Source: an uncultured Chloroflexia bacterium
GTDB taxonomy: Bacteria > Chloroflexota > Limnocylindria > QHBO01
Reading direction: 5' to 3'
DNA: 64,000 nt
Assembly: GCA_963825525.1 (NCBI GenBank)
Contig: CAWGTN010000001.1
Location: 1-64,000 of the forward strand
Part shown: in pieces, positions 50,174-62,212 of the stretch
Position numbering within the stretch: the stretch's first letter is position 1
How the letters are laid out: the number at the start of each line of letters is the position of its first letter
Position numbers and translations under genes: made by a program
Notes under the pieces: generated by a model
What the model saw: only the letters and a program-made list of their open reading frames with translations
What the model was told of the DNA's origin: nothing
Database searches by the model: none

Positions 50174-50716
50174 TCAGCTGGCGAGCAGGCTCGCGACGCT
50201 CACCAGCGCGACCATGACGGCGACGGCCAGCGATGGGCCGAAGCGAACCACCCGGGACCGCAGGCGGCTGACGATTGCCGCCACGATGGCTGCCAGCGTG
50301 GCGCCCGCCACGCCTCCGGCTGCCGCGGCAACGGCGTGGGCCAGGGTGGGTGAGGCACTGCCGATCTGGCGCTCACCGGCCGTCACCACGCCGAGGACGA
50401 CCACGACGAGCGCGCCGAACAGCCCGGCTCCGAGCGTCGCGGTACCCGCGCGCGCTGCCCCGACCTGGGTGGCGCCGGTGGCGGCGGCTCCGCCCGCGAG
50501 GAACGATGCGACGAGGAATGTTCCCGGTAGCGCCCCGTTGGCGTCCACCGGGGGCGCGGCGATGAACCACGTGAGCGCGATGATCGGTCCGGCCAGCATC
50601 CCGAGCGCTGCGACCCAGGTGAGTGGACGTGTCCAGTCCTCGGGGTCCTCCGGCGGCACGACGGCGCCGAGGCGCACGCTGACCGGGACGAGGTCGTCGT
50701 CCGGCGCTTCGCTCAT
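50174..50716 (-). CDS. Hypothetical membrane protein
   Basis: VVPPEDPEDWTRPLTW then hydrophobic helices; translationally coupled to the upstream ligase. Confidence 0.7.
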   Translation of the reverse strand: MSEAPDDDLVPVSVRLGAVVPPEDPEDWTRPLTWVAALGMLAGPIIALTWFIAAPPVDANGALPGTFLVASFLAGGAAATGATQVGAARAGTATLGAGLFGALVVVVLGVVTAGERQIGSASPTLAHAVAAAAGGVAGATLAAIVAAIVSRLRSRVVRFGPSLAVAVMVALVSVASLLAS

Positions 50717-51984
50717 GCCGCCGAGCTGGCGCTCACCGCGTCCGATGAGGAGCTCAATCGCAGGCCAAGGATGCGGCCGCCGAGCTCCCCGACCTGGCGA
50801 CCGGCATCGGCAGCCAGCCCGAGATCGTCGGTGGCCAGCGCCAGGCGGGCGAGCGCGTCGAGCTCGGCGGTCGCCGTCGGCGTGTCGAGATCGTCATTCA
50901 TGGCGTCGATGAATCGCCGCCGGTGCTCGGCCACGAGGGGGTGGGAGGGCATGCCGTCCGGCGCATGACCCTTGGCGGCCAGCTCATCGGCCCGTTGCGT
51001 GGCCTGGCGCAGGAGCGAGGCGGCAGCCGCCGACGCCTCGAGGTCACCATCGGCGAATTCGACCTCGGAGCGGTAGTGATGTGAGACGAGGTAGTGGCGG
51101 ATCGTGTCCCCCGAATAGGTGCACAGGAGGTCGCGGACCAGCACCAGGTTGCCCAGCGACTTGCTCATCTTGTGGCCCTGGTAGCTCAGCATCCCGGCGT
51201 GGGTCCAGAACGCGACCGCCGGACGATCCCCGGTGGCGTGCTCCGACTGGGCCAGCTCCGATTCGTGGTGGGGAAAGAGGAGATCGCCACCGCCGCCGTG
51301 GATCTCGAATCGCGTCCCCAGGTAGGCCATGGCCATGGCGGAGCACTCGATGTGCCAGCCGGGCCGTCCCGGACCCCAGGGCGCCGGCCACGCCGGCTCG
51401 TCGGGCAGGGAGCGCTGCCAGAGCACGAAGTCGAGCGGTTCGCGCTTGCCGGGCATGTCCGGGTCGTTCCCGCGCTCGTTGGCGATCGGCAGCATGTCGG
51501 TCGGAGACAGCTTGGAGAGCTGCCCGTAGTCCGGGTCGGCCGCCACGTTGAAGTAGACGTTGCCATCGGCGACATAGGCGAGCTGCCTGTCAAGCAGGGA
51601 GCCGATGAGCTCGACCATCTGCGGAATGTGCTCGCTCGCCCGCGGGTAGTGATCGGGCGGCAGCCAGTTCAGCGCCGCCATCTCGGTCAGGAACGTCGTC
51701 ACGTGGCGATTCCCGAGCTCCAGGTAGTCCTCGCCCGTCTCGCGGGCCTTGCGCAGCATGTCGTCGTCGACGTCGGTGAGATTCTGGACGTAGGTCACGT
51801 CGTGCCCAAGAAACTCGAGATACCGATGGAGCACGTCGAAGCTCACGTAGGTGAAGGCGTGCCCGAGGTGGCCCGTGTCGTACGGGGTCACGCCACAGAC
51901 GTAGAGTCCTACCGAGTCGCGGTCGCCGATCGGCGCGAATGGATGAAGGCCGCCGCGCCGGGCGTCATGAAGTCGAAGGGTCAC
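50713..51984 (-). CDS. MshC-like cysteine ligase (CysRS paralogue without anticodon domain)
   Basis: YVCGVTPYDTGHLGHA, ERGNDPD, GRPGWHIEC, KMSKSLGNLV; ends soon after the DDLDT helix; TAGAAT -10 just upstream (probably leaderless). Confidence 0.8.
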   Translation of the reverse strand: MTLRLHDARRGGLHPFAPIGDRDSVGLYVCGVTPYDTGHLGHAFTYVSFDVLHRYLEFLGHDVTYVQNLTDVDDDMLRKARETGEDYLELGNRHVTTFLTEMAALNWLPPDHYPRASEHIPQMVELIGSLLDRQLAYVADGNVYFNVAADPDYGQLSKLSPTDMLPIANERGNDPDMPGKREPLDFVLWQRSLPDEPAWPAPWGPGRPGWHIECSAMAMAYLGTRFEIHGGGGDLLFPHHESELAQSEHATGDRPAVAFWTHAGMLSYQGHKMSKSLGNLVLVRDLLCTYSGDTIRHYLVSHHYRSEVEFADGDLEASAAAASLLRQATQRADELAAKGHAPDGMPSHPLVAEHRRRFIDAMNDDLDTPTATAELDALARLALATDDLGLAADAGRQVGELGGRILGLRLSSSSDAVSASSAA

Positions 51985-52077
51985 GCTGCGAATTCTAAAG
52001 CGGTTCGCAGAATTCGCCCGGGACGCTGGACCGGACCGATAGAATCGGCCGACAGGCGGGGGTCTGCTGCCGACCAC

Positions 52078-52205
52078 ATGAGCCGAATGGGAGCCCGATT
52101 TTGGAAGTGCTGCGCTGGCTACTCTTCTTTGCGATCGCGATGTTTCTGATGGTCGCCGGCATCTTCTTCGTGATGGGCAGGCCGCTGCCGCTGCCGCGAT
52201 TCTGA
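52078..52205 (+). CDS. Small single-TM peptide (probable 1-nt frameshift)
   Basis: MSRMGARFWK then VLRWLLFFAIAMFLMVAGIFFVMGRPLPLPRF in a shifted frame; TAGAAT at 52040. Confidence 0.4.
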
Positions 52206-52209
52206 GGCG

Positions 52210-52656
52210 TCACCACAGCTCCGGCTTGGTGCTCATGAGGAAGCCGATGACGCCGATGACCCCTGCCATCCCGTAGGCAACCCATCGCTGGCGCCGCGCG
52301 CGTCGTGACCATGTCTCATTGTCCGCGTCGCTTCGCAGGCCGACCATGCGCCGCAGGTTGGGTCGGCTCACGAAGGCCGCGACGGCGAGATTGAGGGCGT
52401 ACAGGCCCAATGCGATGAGCAACCACGGTTGCGCCAGGAGCTCCGGTCCCAGAATCCACAGCATGGCGGCGCCGGTGATCGCCAGGCCGCCAGCGATGAT
52501 GATCGTGCCCGTGCCCTGGGCGGCCATCAGAAGGCGCGTCACCGGCCCGGCCGCTCCGTCTCCGCGCCGCAGCACGAACGGGAGCAGGACACTCGGCAGC
52601 AGCAGCGCGACGGCCAGCGCGATGTGCGTGACCAGAAGGATCGGGAACCAGTTCAT
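52210..52656 (-). CDS. DUF2269-like membrane protein
   Basis: Four TM helices; N-terminal H, ITG, terminal LMSTKP. Confidence 0.75.
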   Translation of the reverse strand: MNWFPILLVTHIALAVALLLPSVLLPFVLRRGDGAAGPVTRLLMAAQGTGTIIIAGGLAITGAAMLWILGPELLAQPWLLIALGLYALNLAVAAFVSRPNLRRMVGLRSDADNETWSRRARRQRWVAYGMAGVIGVIGFLMSTKPELW

Positions 52657-52682
52657 GGTGATCCGATCCTAGCGCAGCGCGG

Positions 52683-53030
52683 TCAGCGACCCTTGGTGAA
52701 CCCCCGGTGGACCCCCAGCCGGCGCAGAAGCGTCGGGATGTTGATGGCCCATCCCACGCCCAGCGGACGCGGCGTGAAGATCTTCGGCGACTTCGGGTTC
52801 CAGTACGCGCTGCGCACGGACTCGATGGACGGCATGCGGAAGTCATACGGCACGAAGCCGAGCAGGCGTCCGTTCCAGGTGCGCTCGGCCTTGGGCTTTC
52901 GCATCTCCGTGTAAATGGCGCCCACCACCGCGCCGATGACGGCCATCTTGAGAAGTGATGTCAGGGCGTCGACCTCGTTGCGGGTGGCCTGCGCCTTTCG
53001 CGAGAGATCGTCACGTACGTTGTCGATCAT
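52683..53030 (-). CDS. DUF5808-like protein
   Basis: VPYDFR, YWNP, PRPLGVGWAIN. Confidence 0.7.
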   Translation of the reverse strand: MIDNVRDDLSRKAQATRNEVDALTSLLKMAVIGAVVGAIYTEMRKPKAERTWNGRLLGFVPYDFRMPSIESVRSAYWNPKSPKIFTPRPLGVGWAINIPTLLRRLGVHRGFTKGR

Positions 53031-53104
53031 GGGTCCTCCTTGGCGGTGCGTCACGCAAGCGCCGTGCCGGGCCCGCCTGCTGCGTAAACTCTAGCGCGCC
53101 ACCC

Positions 53105-54073
53105 ATGAGCACGCCCGAAGCCCTTCCTTTCCTGAGCGGCGACCGCATCCGCGAGGCCGTGCCGATGCCGGATCTGCTCGACGCGATCGAGGCGGCATAT
53201 CGCGACGTTGCCGCCGGCCGCGATCGTTCACCGCTTCGCGCTCACGTGGAGCTCGGCGATGGCTCACTGCTCCTCATGCCCGGCGTGCGGGCGGGCGGGG
53301 ATGGGGCGACGGTCAAGCTCGTCACCGTCATGCCCGGCAACGCCGAGCGGGGATTGCCGACGATCCACGCGCTCGTCGTCTGGTTCGACGCCAGCACGGG
53401 GCAGCCGCGGGCGCTGCTCGACGGGGCGGCCGTGACCGCCATGCGCACCGGTGCCGCCTCGGGCGTCGGCACGCGACTCCTGGCGCGGCCGGATGCCGAG
53501 ACACTGACCGTGATCGGGGCAGGGGTCCAGGCGGAGTGGCAGATCCGGGCCGTTCTCGCCGCTCGGCCCATCCGCCGGGTCCTCGTGGTGGGACGGGATG
53601 CCATCCGCCGCGACGCCTTCGCCGCCCGCATGGCCGATGCGCTGGGCCTTGACGTCACCGGAGCCGCCGATGCGGAGCACGCCGTCCGCCAGGCCGATGT
53701 CATCTGCTGCGCCACGACGTCCTCCGAGCCGGTCTTCGAGGCCGACTGGCTCACGCCCGGCGTGCACGTGAACGGGATCGGCGCGTTTCAGCTCTCCATG
53801 GTCGAGATTCCGCCCGAGGCCTTCGCTCGAGCGTCACTGGTGGCCATCGACTCTCGCGACGCCGCGATGGCCGAGGCGGGGGACGTGGTTGCCGCCATCG
53901 AGCGTGGATTCGTGGCGGCCGATGCGCTGGTGGAGATCGGGACCGTGGATGCCGCCTGGGCCGGTTCTCGCCCGGCCGACGCGATCACGATCTTCAAGTC
54001 GGTGGGCCTTGCCCTCCAGGACGTGGCCGCCGCGGAGCTCATCGTTCGGCGGCTCTCCCGGGATGAGCCCTAG
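53105..54073 (+). CDS. Ornithine cyclodeaminase / mu-crystallin family protein
   Basis: LLMP, VKLV, TAMRTGAAS, GAGVQA, FKSVGLALQD. Confidence 0.92.
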   Translation: MSTPEALPFLSGDRIREAVPMPDLLDAIEAAYRDVAAGRDRSPLRAHVELGDGSLLLMPGVRAGGDGATVKLVTVMPGNAERGLPTIHALVVWFDASTGQPRALLDGAAVTAMRTGAASGVGTRLLARPDAETLTVIGAGVQAEWQIRAVLAARPIRRVLVVGRDAIRRDAFAARMADALGLDVTGAADAEHAVRQADVICCATTSSEPVFEADWLTPGVHVNGIGAFQLSMVEIPPEAFARASLVAIDSRDAAMAEAGDVVAAIERGFVAADALVEIGTVDAAWAGSRPADAITIFKSVGLALQDVAAAELIVRRLSRDEP

Positions 54074-55218
54074 CCGGCGGCTCGAAGTCCCGCCGGGAGT
54101 GTGGGGAGTGCCCGTTCGATCACGAATCGCGCGATGAGCGCGCGCATCACTGGTGAATAGCGGCGTGACGGCTGGCTGAAGGTCGCGGCTCGCGCTCGTT
54201 CATCGGCCATGCGCTCGAACCGGACGGCGGCGTGATCGGCCATGTCGCGAATGTCGACGACGGCCGTGGTGAGGGCTGGCGCACCGGCGGCCACCGACTC
54301 GATGGTTGAGCCGCCGGCGTCAGCCACTGACACGACGATCGGCTTCGGATTGGCCGGTGGTGGAGGTGGCGGAGCTGACAGGCCTGCCTGGCCACCGCCC
54401 GGCGCCGGGCCGACCGGCGTGGCCGGAGCGGGGGCCGGCGCCAACGTCGGTGCGGCGGTTGGGGCCGGGGTGGCGGGTGCCGGGGTCGCGGTCGGCGATC
54501 CGGGCGCCGGAGTCGAGCTGGGCGGAGGTGTGGGCGCGAGGGTCGGAGCCGGCGTGGGCACAGGTGTCGGAGCGGGCGTTGCGGGCGGCGGCGCTGCGGG
54601 CGGCGCGGCGCTGACGACCACGCCCGTGTAGTACGTCGCCAGGATCTGCGCCGCGCTCTTGCCGGCGAGGCCACACGTCTGCGTGCCCCACTGGAACATC
54701 TGCCAGCCATTGGCGTTGGCGCCACACGATTCGCCCGGGGCGCCGGCGTTGTAGTACGTGGCGAAAATCCGGCCGTTCCTGTGGGCGAGCGTGCCCCAGG
54801 TGGCGTCGACGGCCGACGCCATCGCGGGGTAGGTGGTGCGCGACGGGTCGTAGTGCTGGTCGCGGGTCGAGTCGAAGACGTCGAAGCAGTCGCCGGCGGT
54901 GTTGACGTAGCCGCGCCAATGGATCACCTGGTACCAGGCGTAGTTTTTGACGGCGAGCGCGCCGGATCGGATCGACTCGGTCGTCCATGAGCTGATCCAT
55001 TCGCGCGACAGGACGTTCTTCACATAGGTCCGGAAATCGACCGTGTCGACCGCGCCGGTCGTCGTGCGATAGACACGAATCGTCGCCGGCGGGACCGTCT
55101 CGGATGCGTACGTGCCGCACGGCCCGGCCGCAACGGCGGGTCGGGGACCGGCGGGCAGGGTCGCAAGACAGAGGAGGATCGCGGCGAGCAGGCTCGCCAC
55201 GCGGGGTGATCGCTGCAT
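54070..55218 (-). CDS. Secreted SpoIID/LytB-domain protein with Pro/Ala/Thr linker
   Basis: Signal peptide, YVKNVLSRE, DSTRDQHY, QWG, ILATYY. Confidence 0.8.
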   Translation of the reverse strand: MQRSPRVASLLAAILLCLATLPAGPRPAVAAGPCGTYASETVPPATIRVYRTTTGAVDTVDFRTYVKNVLSREWISSWTTESIRSGALAVKNYAWYQVIHWRGYVNTAGDCFDVFDSTRDQHYDPSRTTYPAMASAVDATWGTLAHRNGRIFATYYNAGAPGESCGANANGWQMFQWGTQTCGLAGKSAAQILATYYTGVVVSAAPPAAPPPATPAPTPVPTPAPTLAPTPPPSSTPAPGSPTATPAPATPAPTAAPTLAPAPAPATPVGPAPGGGQAGLSAPPPPPPANPKPIVVSVADAGGSTIESVAAGAPALTTAVVDIRDMADHAAVRFERMADERARAATFSQPSRRYSPVMRALIARFVIERALPTLPAGLRAAG

Positions 55219-55282
55219 GGAGTCCGCACCCTATCGGCCTCCAAACCGCACCGCACCCGACCGAAAGTACCGCGGCCGCGGG

Positions 55283-56163
55283 TCAGTCGGCCCAGCGATG
55301 GACCCGTTCACGGACGGTGTCGAACCCGAGCTCGTCGCACAGCGCCACGAACTCGGCGCGCGGAACGCCATGCCATTCGAGCGAATCGAGGGTCGGCGTG
55401 CGAGAGATGTCGGCGTCGCGGTTCAGGATTGCCAGCCGCCGATACAGGAGCGCATCGGCCCGCTGCTGATCGAGCGTCGCGGCCAGCCGAGATGCATTCC
55501 GCAGAGGCACGTCCCAATCGAGCGCCGAGGGCGGGATGTCCTCGAGATGCTTCCAGCGCGCCAGCACCGCCGATGCGCTCTTGGCACCCCACCCCGGCAG
55601 GCCGGGGAAACCGTCGCTGCTGTCGCCGACGAGTGCGAGATAGTCGGGGATGCTGTCCGGCTCGACCCCGAACTTGCCGATGATGCCGGCTTCGTCGTAC
55701 GTGATCTGCCGCATCCGATCGCGGAGCACGATCCGGTCGCTGGCGACAGCTGCCCGAGGTCCTTGTCGACGGAGCAGATGACGATCTGTTCGATCCGCGG
55801 ATCGCTGCCGAACCGATCGATCGCGGCCGCGATGCCGTCATCGGCCTCGTCGGCGACCATCGGCCAGACGGCCATGCCCAGGGCTTCCAGCGCGCGCTCG
55901 GCGTCGCGGAACTGGGCCAGGAGATCGGGATCCATGCCGGCGCTCGATTTGTAGCCGGGGAAGAGGTCGTTGCGCCACGACTCGATGACGTAGTCAGTCG
56001 CCGCGCCGATGTGGGTGACGTCCGGCTCCCGGAGGAGCGACAGCATCGAGTCCACGATGCCCTGGACCGCGTTCACCGGACGCCCATCCGGCGCTCGGCG
56101 TGGTGGGCGGGAGTAGTAGGCGCGAAAGAGTTCGAACGTGGCATCGACGAGGTGGAGCTTCAT
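55283..56163 (-). CDS. 5'-3' exonuclease / flap endonuclease (frameshift near 55740)
   Basis: LVDATFELFRAY, EADD, SVDKDL, LVGDSSDGFPGLPGWGAKSA. Confidence 0.9.
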
Positions 56164-56187
56164 CGGGGTCGAGCATACACATGGGGC

Positions 56188-56234
56188 TTGACACGGTTCG
56201 GGCAGCGCGTATAGTTCCGTTAGGTTATATAACC
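56188..56234 (+). promoter_or_regulatory. Promoter TTGACA-16-TATAGT plus palindromic ArsR operator GGTTATATAACC
   Basis: Perfect 12-bp palindrome at 56223-56234 just before the ArsR start. Confidence 0.7.
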
Positions 56235-56239
56235 GAAAG

Positions 56240-56620
56240 GTGATCGAGATGGGGAATGCGGACCAGCTCAGCGCGACCTTCGCCGCACTCGCCGATCCGA
56301 CGCGGCGCGCAATCCTCGCGCGTCTGGCGGTGGGCGAGGCATCGGTCAAGGAGCTGACGCTGCTGTCCGACATGACCCAGCCCGCGGTCTCGAAGCATCT
56401 CCGGGTGCTGGAGCGAGCGGGATTGATCGAGCAGGGGAGGCATGCGCAATGGCGACCACGCCGGTTGCGTGCCGATCCGCTCCGGGACGTGGCCGACTGG
56501 GTCGGCACGTATCGGCCGCACTGGGAGGAGCGCTTCGATCGGCTCGACGCCTTCCTCCGCGATCTCAATGAACGGCAGCAACCGCAGGAAGGAACCGACG
56601 ATGACCGCGACCAGGACTGA
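56240..56620 (+). CDS. ArsR/SmtB-family regulator
   Basis: FAALADPTRRAIL, QPAVSKHLRVLERAGLI. Confidence 0.92.
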   Translation: MIEMGNADQLSATFAALADPTRRAILARLAVGEASVKELTLLSDMTQPAVSKHLRVLERAGLIEQGRHAQWRPRRLRADPLRDVADWVGTYRPHWEERFDRLDAFLRDLNERQQPQEGTDDDRDQD

Positions 56621-57101
56621 CCGAGGCAGCACCGACTCCACGACGATCTACTCGGAGAACGGTGACCTCACCTACGAGCGCATCTTCGCCGCGCCACGCG
56701 AGGCCGTGTGGAAGGCGAACACCGATGCCGAGCTCATTCCCCTGTGGTGGGGACCGCACGGAACGTCCACCACCGTCGCCGAGATGGACGTTCGTCCCGG
56801 TGGTGCGTGGCGCTTCGTGAGCAGCGGCCCGGATCGCGAGGACGTCGCGTTCTACGGCGAGTACCTCGAGGTGGTGCCGCCGGAGCGCATCAAGTGGACG
56901 TTCATGTTCGACGTCGAAGGTGTGGGTCCGCAGGGCGGGCCCGAGACGCTCACGCTGGAGGATCTGGGCGACGGGCGAACCCTGATGCGGGCCGTGTCGC
57001 ACATGGGATCCGAGGAGATCATCGAGCAGGCGCTGGCGACGGGCATGACGCAGGGCGCGATCGAGACGTGGGATCGGCTGGAGGCACTGTTGGCGGCTTA
57101 G
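56601..57101 (+). CDS. SRPBCC/AHSA1 domain protein
   Basis: ERIFAAPREAVW, WWGP, DVRPGGAWR. Confidence 0.88.
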   Translation: MTATRTDRGSTDSTTIYSENGDLTYERIFAAPREAVWKANTDAELIPLWWGPHGTSTTVAEMDVRPGGAWRFVSSGPDREDVAFYGEYLEVVPPERIKWTFMFDVEGVGPQGGPETLTLEDLGDGRTLMRAVSHMGSEEIIEQALATGMTQGAIETWDRLEALLAA

Positions 57102-57299
57102 TTGAGCGAGCCTCAACCACGTTGACCGGGTCCGACCGGGCCCGGTCGCTTGGTGAGCGGGAAATCGCGCAGTAAGCCGCTGGTAATCGACGGGGCGCAT
57201 GATCGGCGCAGCGGTGTGGGAAGCGTGCCCTGCGCCGCCGGCCCGGGTTATCCGGCCAGGGCCGGCGGCCCACGCCGCACCATCACGTGGGAGCCCGCC

Positions 57300-58065
57300 G
57301 TGCGATACGAGCTCATCGGACGCGGACTGCGGGCCTTGCGGCATCCGGCACGGCTTGCGCCAGGCAGGACGTCGCCGCAGCGCTGCGGAGCTGAGCCGCG
57401 CGGTGATCTCCGACCTCGAACACGGCCGGATCGAACACCATTCGTTGGCAGCGCTGGTGTCAGCGGCTCATGCGCTCGGGGCGACGCTTCGGATCGACCT
57501 CGGCATGCCGGGCGGTGATCTCCATCGGTTGCTGGATGCCGACCATGCGTGGCTCCAGGCCGAATGGGCAGGGCTGCTCGAGCGTTCCGGCTGGCTGGCC
57601 GAGGCGGAGCGCACGTTCAACCATTACGGCGAACGAGGCAGCATCGATCTGATCGCGTGGCACCCGCCGAGCCGAGTGCTGCTTGTTGTCGAGATCAAGA
57701 CCGTGATTGTCGACGTGCAGGATCTGCTCGCCGGCATCGATCGTAAGGTGCGCATCGGCGAGATCCTCGCTCGGCAGCACGGGCGGACCGTTTCAAGCGT
57801 CGTTCCGGCGCTGATCATTGCCGAAGGCTCGACGTCGCGGCGCCGCCTCCAGTCGCACGCGGCCCTGTTCCGTCGGTTCGCGCTGCGTGGACGTTCGGCT
57901 GTCGCCTGGCTGCGGGCTCCCGCTGCGGGCGTGGCGCCGACGGGGATCCTGTGCATGTCCAAATTGTCAGGTGCGCATCCTGGCGACCGTAGACGCGCTG
58001 GGCGTCAGCGAGTGCGGCTCCGCACTCGGGATCCACGCTCAGAGTCCGATGCTCGACGGGCATGA
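57300..58065 (+). CDS. XRE HTH plus PD-(D/E)xK nuclease-like protein (frameshifted N-terminus)
   Basis: IGRGLRALR..GLRQ..SRAVISDLEHG HTH split across frames; ERGSIDLIAW...VVEIKT nuclease-like motif. Confidence 0.65.
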
Positions 58066-58086
58066 CGGCGCCGATATCGCGCCTAG

Positions 58087-58213
58087 CGTCGCCAGGATGC
58101 GCAGGTGACGACAGAACGGCCGCTTGGCGCGGATACCGTCGCCAGGATGCGCAGGTGACGACAGACCGGCCGCTCAGGGCCGATACCGTCGCCGAGATGC
58201 GCAGGTGACGACA
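58087..58213 (+). repeat. Tandem 50-bp repeat (about 2.5 units) with palindromic core
   Basis: CGTCGCCAGGATGCGCAGGTGACGACA at 58087, 58137 and 58187 (third copy has GA for AG); inverted 16-bp copy at 57972-57987. Confidence 0.9.
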
Positions 58214-58222
58214 CGCGTCGCG

Positions 58223-59969
<1,747 letters not shown>

Positions 59970-60037
59970 GGGTTCCATCTTGGGGGCAGGGCCGATGTCC
60001 CCGCAACCGTGACGCCGCAACGTGGCAGGATTCGCCC

Positions 60038-62062
60038 ATGAGCGATGACTTCGATTTCGATGCCTACCTTCGTCTGCCTCGCCTCTCGGGCCTCGGCGCC
60101 TCACCCGACGGCCAACGCCTGGTCGTCAGCGTCGGGCGGCCGGCACCCGATGGCAAGAAGATGCACTCGTCCCTGTGGGAGCTGGATGCCAGCGGCGATG
60201 AGCGACCGCGCCGCCTGACTCGATCCGCACCGGGTGAGAGCGCGGCCACGTTCGCCCGTGACGGCTCGATCCTCTTCACCTCGAGCCGGCCGGATCCGGA
60301 TCGCGGGCCGGACGACGGAGCGGATGACGAAGAGATCTCCGGCCTGTGGCTGCTGCCGCCGAACGGTGGCGAGGCGCGCCTGCTGGCGGCGCCGTCGGGC
60401 GGCGTCGATGCGGTGGTCTCCGCTCGGGACGCCGATGTCGTGGTCTATGCAGCGTCGGTCTTCCCGGGAACCCGGGACGCGGCGAGCGACCTCGAGCGTC
60501 ACAAGGCACGGAAGAAGGCCGGTGTCGACGCGCTCCTGTTCGAGACCGTCCCGATCGGTCATTGGGACTCGTACCACGGACCACGGGAACGGCACCTGTT
60601 CGCTGCGCCGATGCCGGCGGGCGAGGATCGCATCGGCGACCCGAAGGACCTGACGCCGGACGCGGGCATCGCCCTCACCGAGCAGGGCTTCGACGTGACC
60701 CCGGACGGCGCCACGATCGTCACCGGGTGGGTGACGAGTGACGAGATCGGCCGGACCGACTTCGGGCTCATGGCGATCGATCGCGCGACAGGCGAGCATC
60801 GGCGGATCACGACCGAGGACAGCTGGTTCGACAGCCCGGCCTGCTCACCCGACGGCCGCTGGGTGGCCTGCGTGCGCTCGGACAAGGACGTTCCGGAGCG
60901 AGTCGGCGACGCCACGCTGTGGCTGATCGACCTGGCGACCGGGGACGGGCGCGATCTCACCCCCGACCTCGACCTCTGGCCGCAGCACCCTGTCTGGTCG
61001 GAGGACGGGACGGCCATCTGGTTCACCACCGATCGACAGGGCGCCGGTGCCGTGTTCCGCCACGACATCGGCTCCTCGACCACGACCCTCGTGGCCGACG
61101 ACGGCACCTTCACCGACCTGTCGGTCCATGCCGCCGGCGGGCCGGTGGCACTCAGCAATTCGTACGCGGATCCTCCCCATCCGGTTCGCCTTGGCGAAGA
61201 CGGCGCGAGCCAGCGCCTGCGCAGCTTCGCCGAACTCGATGCCGATGCCATCGCGAAGCTCCCGGGACGTGTGGAGCGCGTCCGCGCCGAGGCATCGGAC
61301 GGACAGGAGATCGGGTCGTGGCTGGTGCTGCCGCGCGACGCGTCCGCGGCGGCGCCGGTTCCGCTCGTGGTGTTCGTTCACGGCGGGCCGATCGGCAGCT
61401 GGAACGCGTGGACGTGGCGCTGGAACGCGCACCTGCTGGCGGCGAAGGGCTACGCGGTCCTGATGCCCGATCCCGCGATCTCCACCGGCTACGGCCACGC
61501 CTTCGTCCAGCGCGGCTGGGGCCGATGGGGCGCCGAGCCCTACACCGATGTCATGGCTGCCGTGGATGCCGCTCTGGAGCGGCCAGAGCTCGATACGGAG
61601 CGCACGGCTCTCATGGGTGGTTCGTTCGGCGGCTACATGGCGAACTGGGTGGCCGGCAACACCGACCGCTTCCGGGCCATCGTGACCCACGCCAGCCTGT
61701 GGGAGCTTCGCGGCTTCCATGGCACCACCGACTACGGCCCGGACTGGGAGCGGGAATTCGGCGATCCGTACACGGATCCGTCGCGCTACGAGGAATGGAG
61801 CCCCAGCCGGCTGCTTGCCAATATCCGCACCCCGATGCTGGTCATCCACGGCCAACGTGACCTGCGTGTACCCGTCAGCGAGGGACTGCGGCTATGGACC
61901 GACCTGCGGCGCCACAACGTTCCCGCGAGGTTCCTCTACTTCCCCGACGAGAATCACTGGATCCTCAAGCCGCAGAACGCGCGCCTCTGGTACGAGACCG
62001 TCTGGGCGTTCCTGGATGAGCACGTTCGTGGCGCCGAATGGCGCCGGCCGTCATTGCTGTGA
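60038..62062 (+). CDS. S9 family peptidase
   Basis: HGGP, GGSFGG, DLRVP, FPDENH. Confidence 0.92.
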   Translation: MSDDFDFDAYLRLPRLSGLGASPDGQRLVVSVGRPAPDGKKMHSSLWELDASGDERPRRLTRSAPGESAATFARDGSILFTSSRPDPDRGPDDGADDEEISGLWLLPPNGGEARLLAAPSGGVDAVVSARDADVVVYAASVFPGTRDAASDLERHKARKKAGVDALLFETVPIGHWDSYHGPRERHLFAAPMPAGEDRIGDPKDLTPDAGIALTEQGFDVTPDGATIVTGWVTSDEIGRTDFGLMAIDRATGEHRRITTEDSWFDSPACSPDGRWVACVRSDKDVPERVGDATLWLIDLATGDGRDLTPDLDLWPQHPVWSEDGTAIWFTTDRQGAGAVFRHDIGSSTTTLVADDGTFTDLSVHAAGGPVALSNSYADPPHPVRLGEDGASQRLRSFAELDADAIAKLPGRVERVRAEASDGQEIGSWLVLPRDASAAAPVPLVVFVHGGPIGSWNAWTWRWNAHLLAAKGYAVLMPDPAISTGYGHAFVQRGWGRWGAEPYTDVMAAVDAALERPELDTERTALMGGSFGGYMANWVAGNTDRFRAIVTHASLWELRGFHGTTDYGPDWEREFGDPYTDPSRYEEWSPSRLLANIRTPMLVIHGQRDLRVPVSEGLRLWTDLRRHNVPARFLYFPDENHWILKPQNARLWYETVWAFLDEHVRGAEWRRPSLL

Positions 62063-62212
62063 CGATTGCGGCACGCCGAGTGCATGAGGAGGCGGCATGT
62101 TTGGATTGATTCGCCGCTTCGTCGTTGGCTGGCTGCTCGTGAGGCTGCTTCGCCGATTCACCCAGGGCTCGTCTCGGACGAAACCCCGCCGCTAGTCCCC
62201 CGGCAAGACCGG

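Noticed and set aside
54350-54610. Low-complexity repeat tract
   Set aside because: Encodes the Pro/Ala/Thr linker of the SpoIID-like protein.
58087-58213. Mini CRISPR array
   Set aside because: The two 'spacers' are only 22-23 nt and similar to each other (AACGGCCGCTTGGCGCGGATAC vs ACCGGCCGCTCAGGGCCGATAC); no cas genes or leader. It is a tandem repeat.
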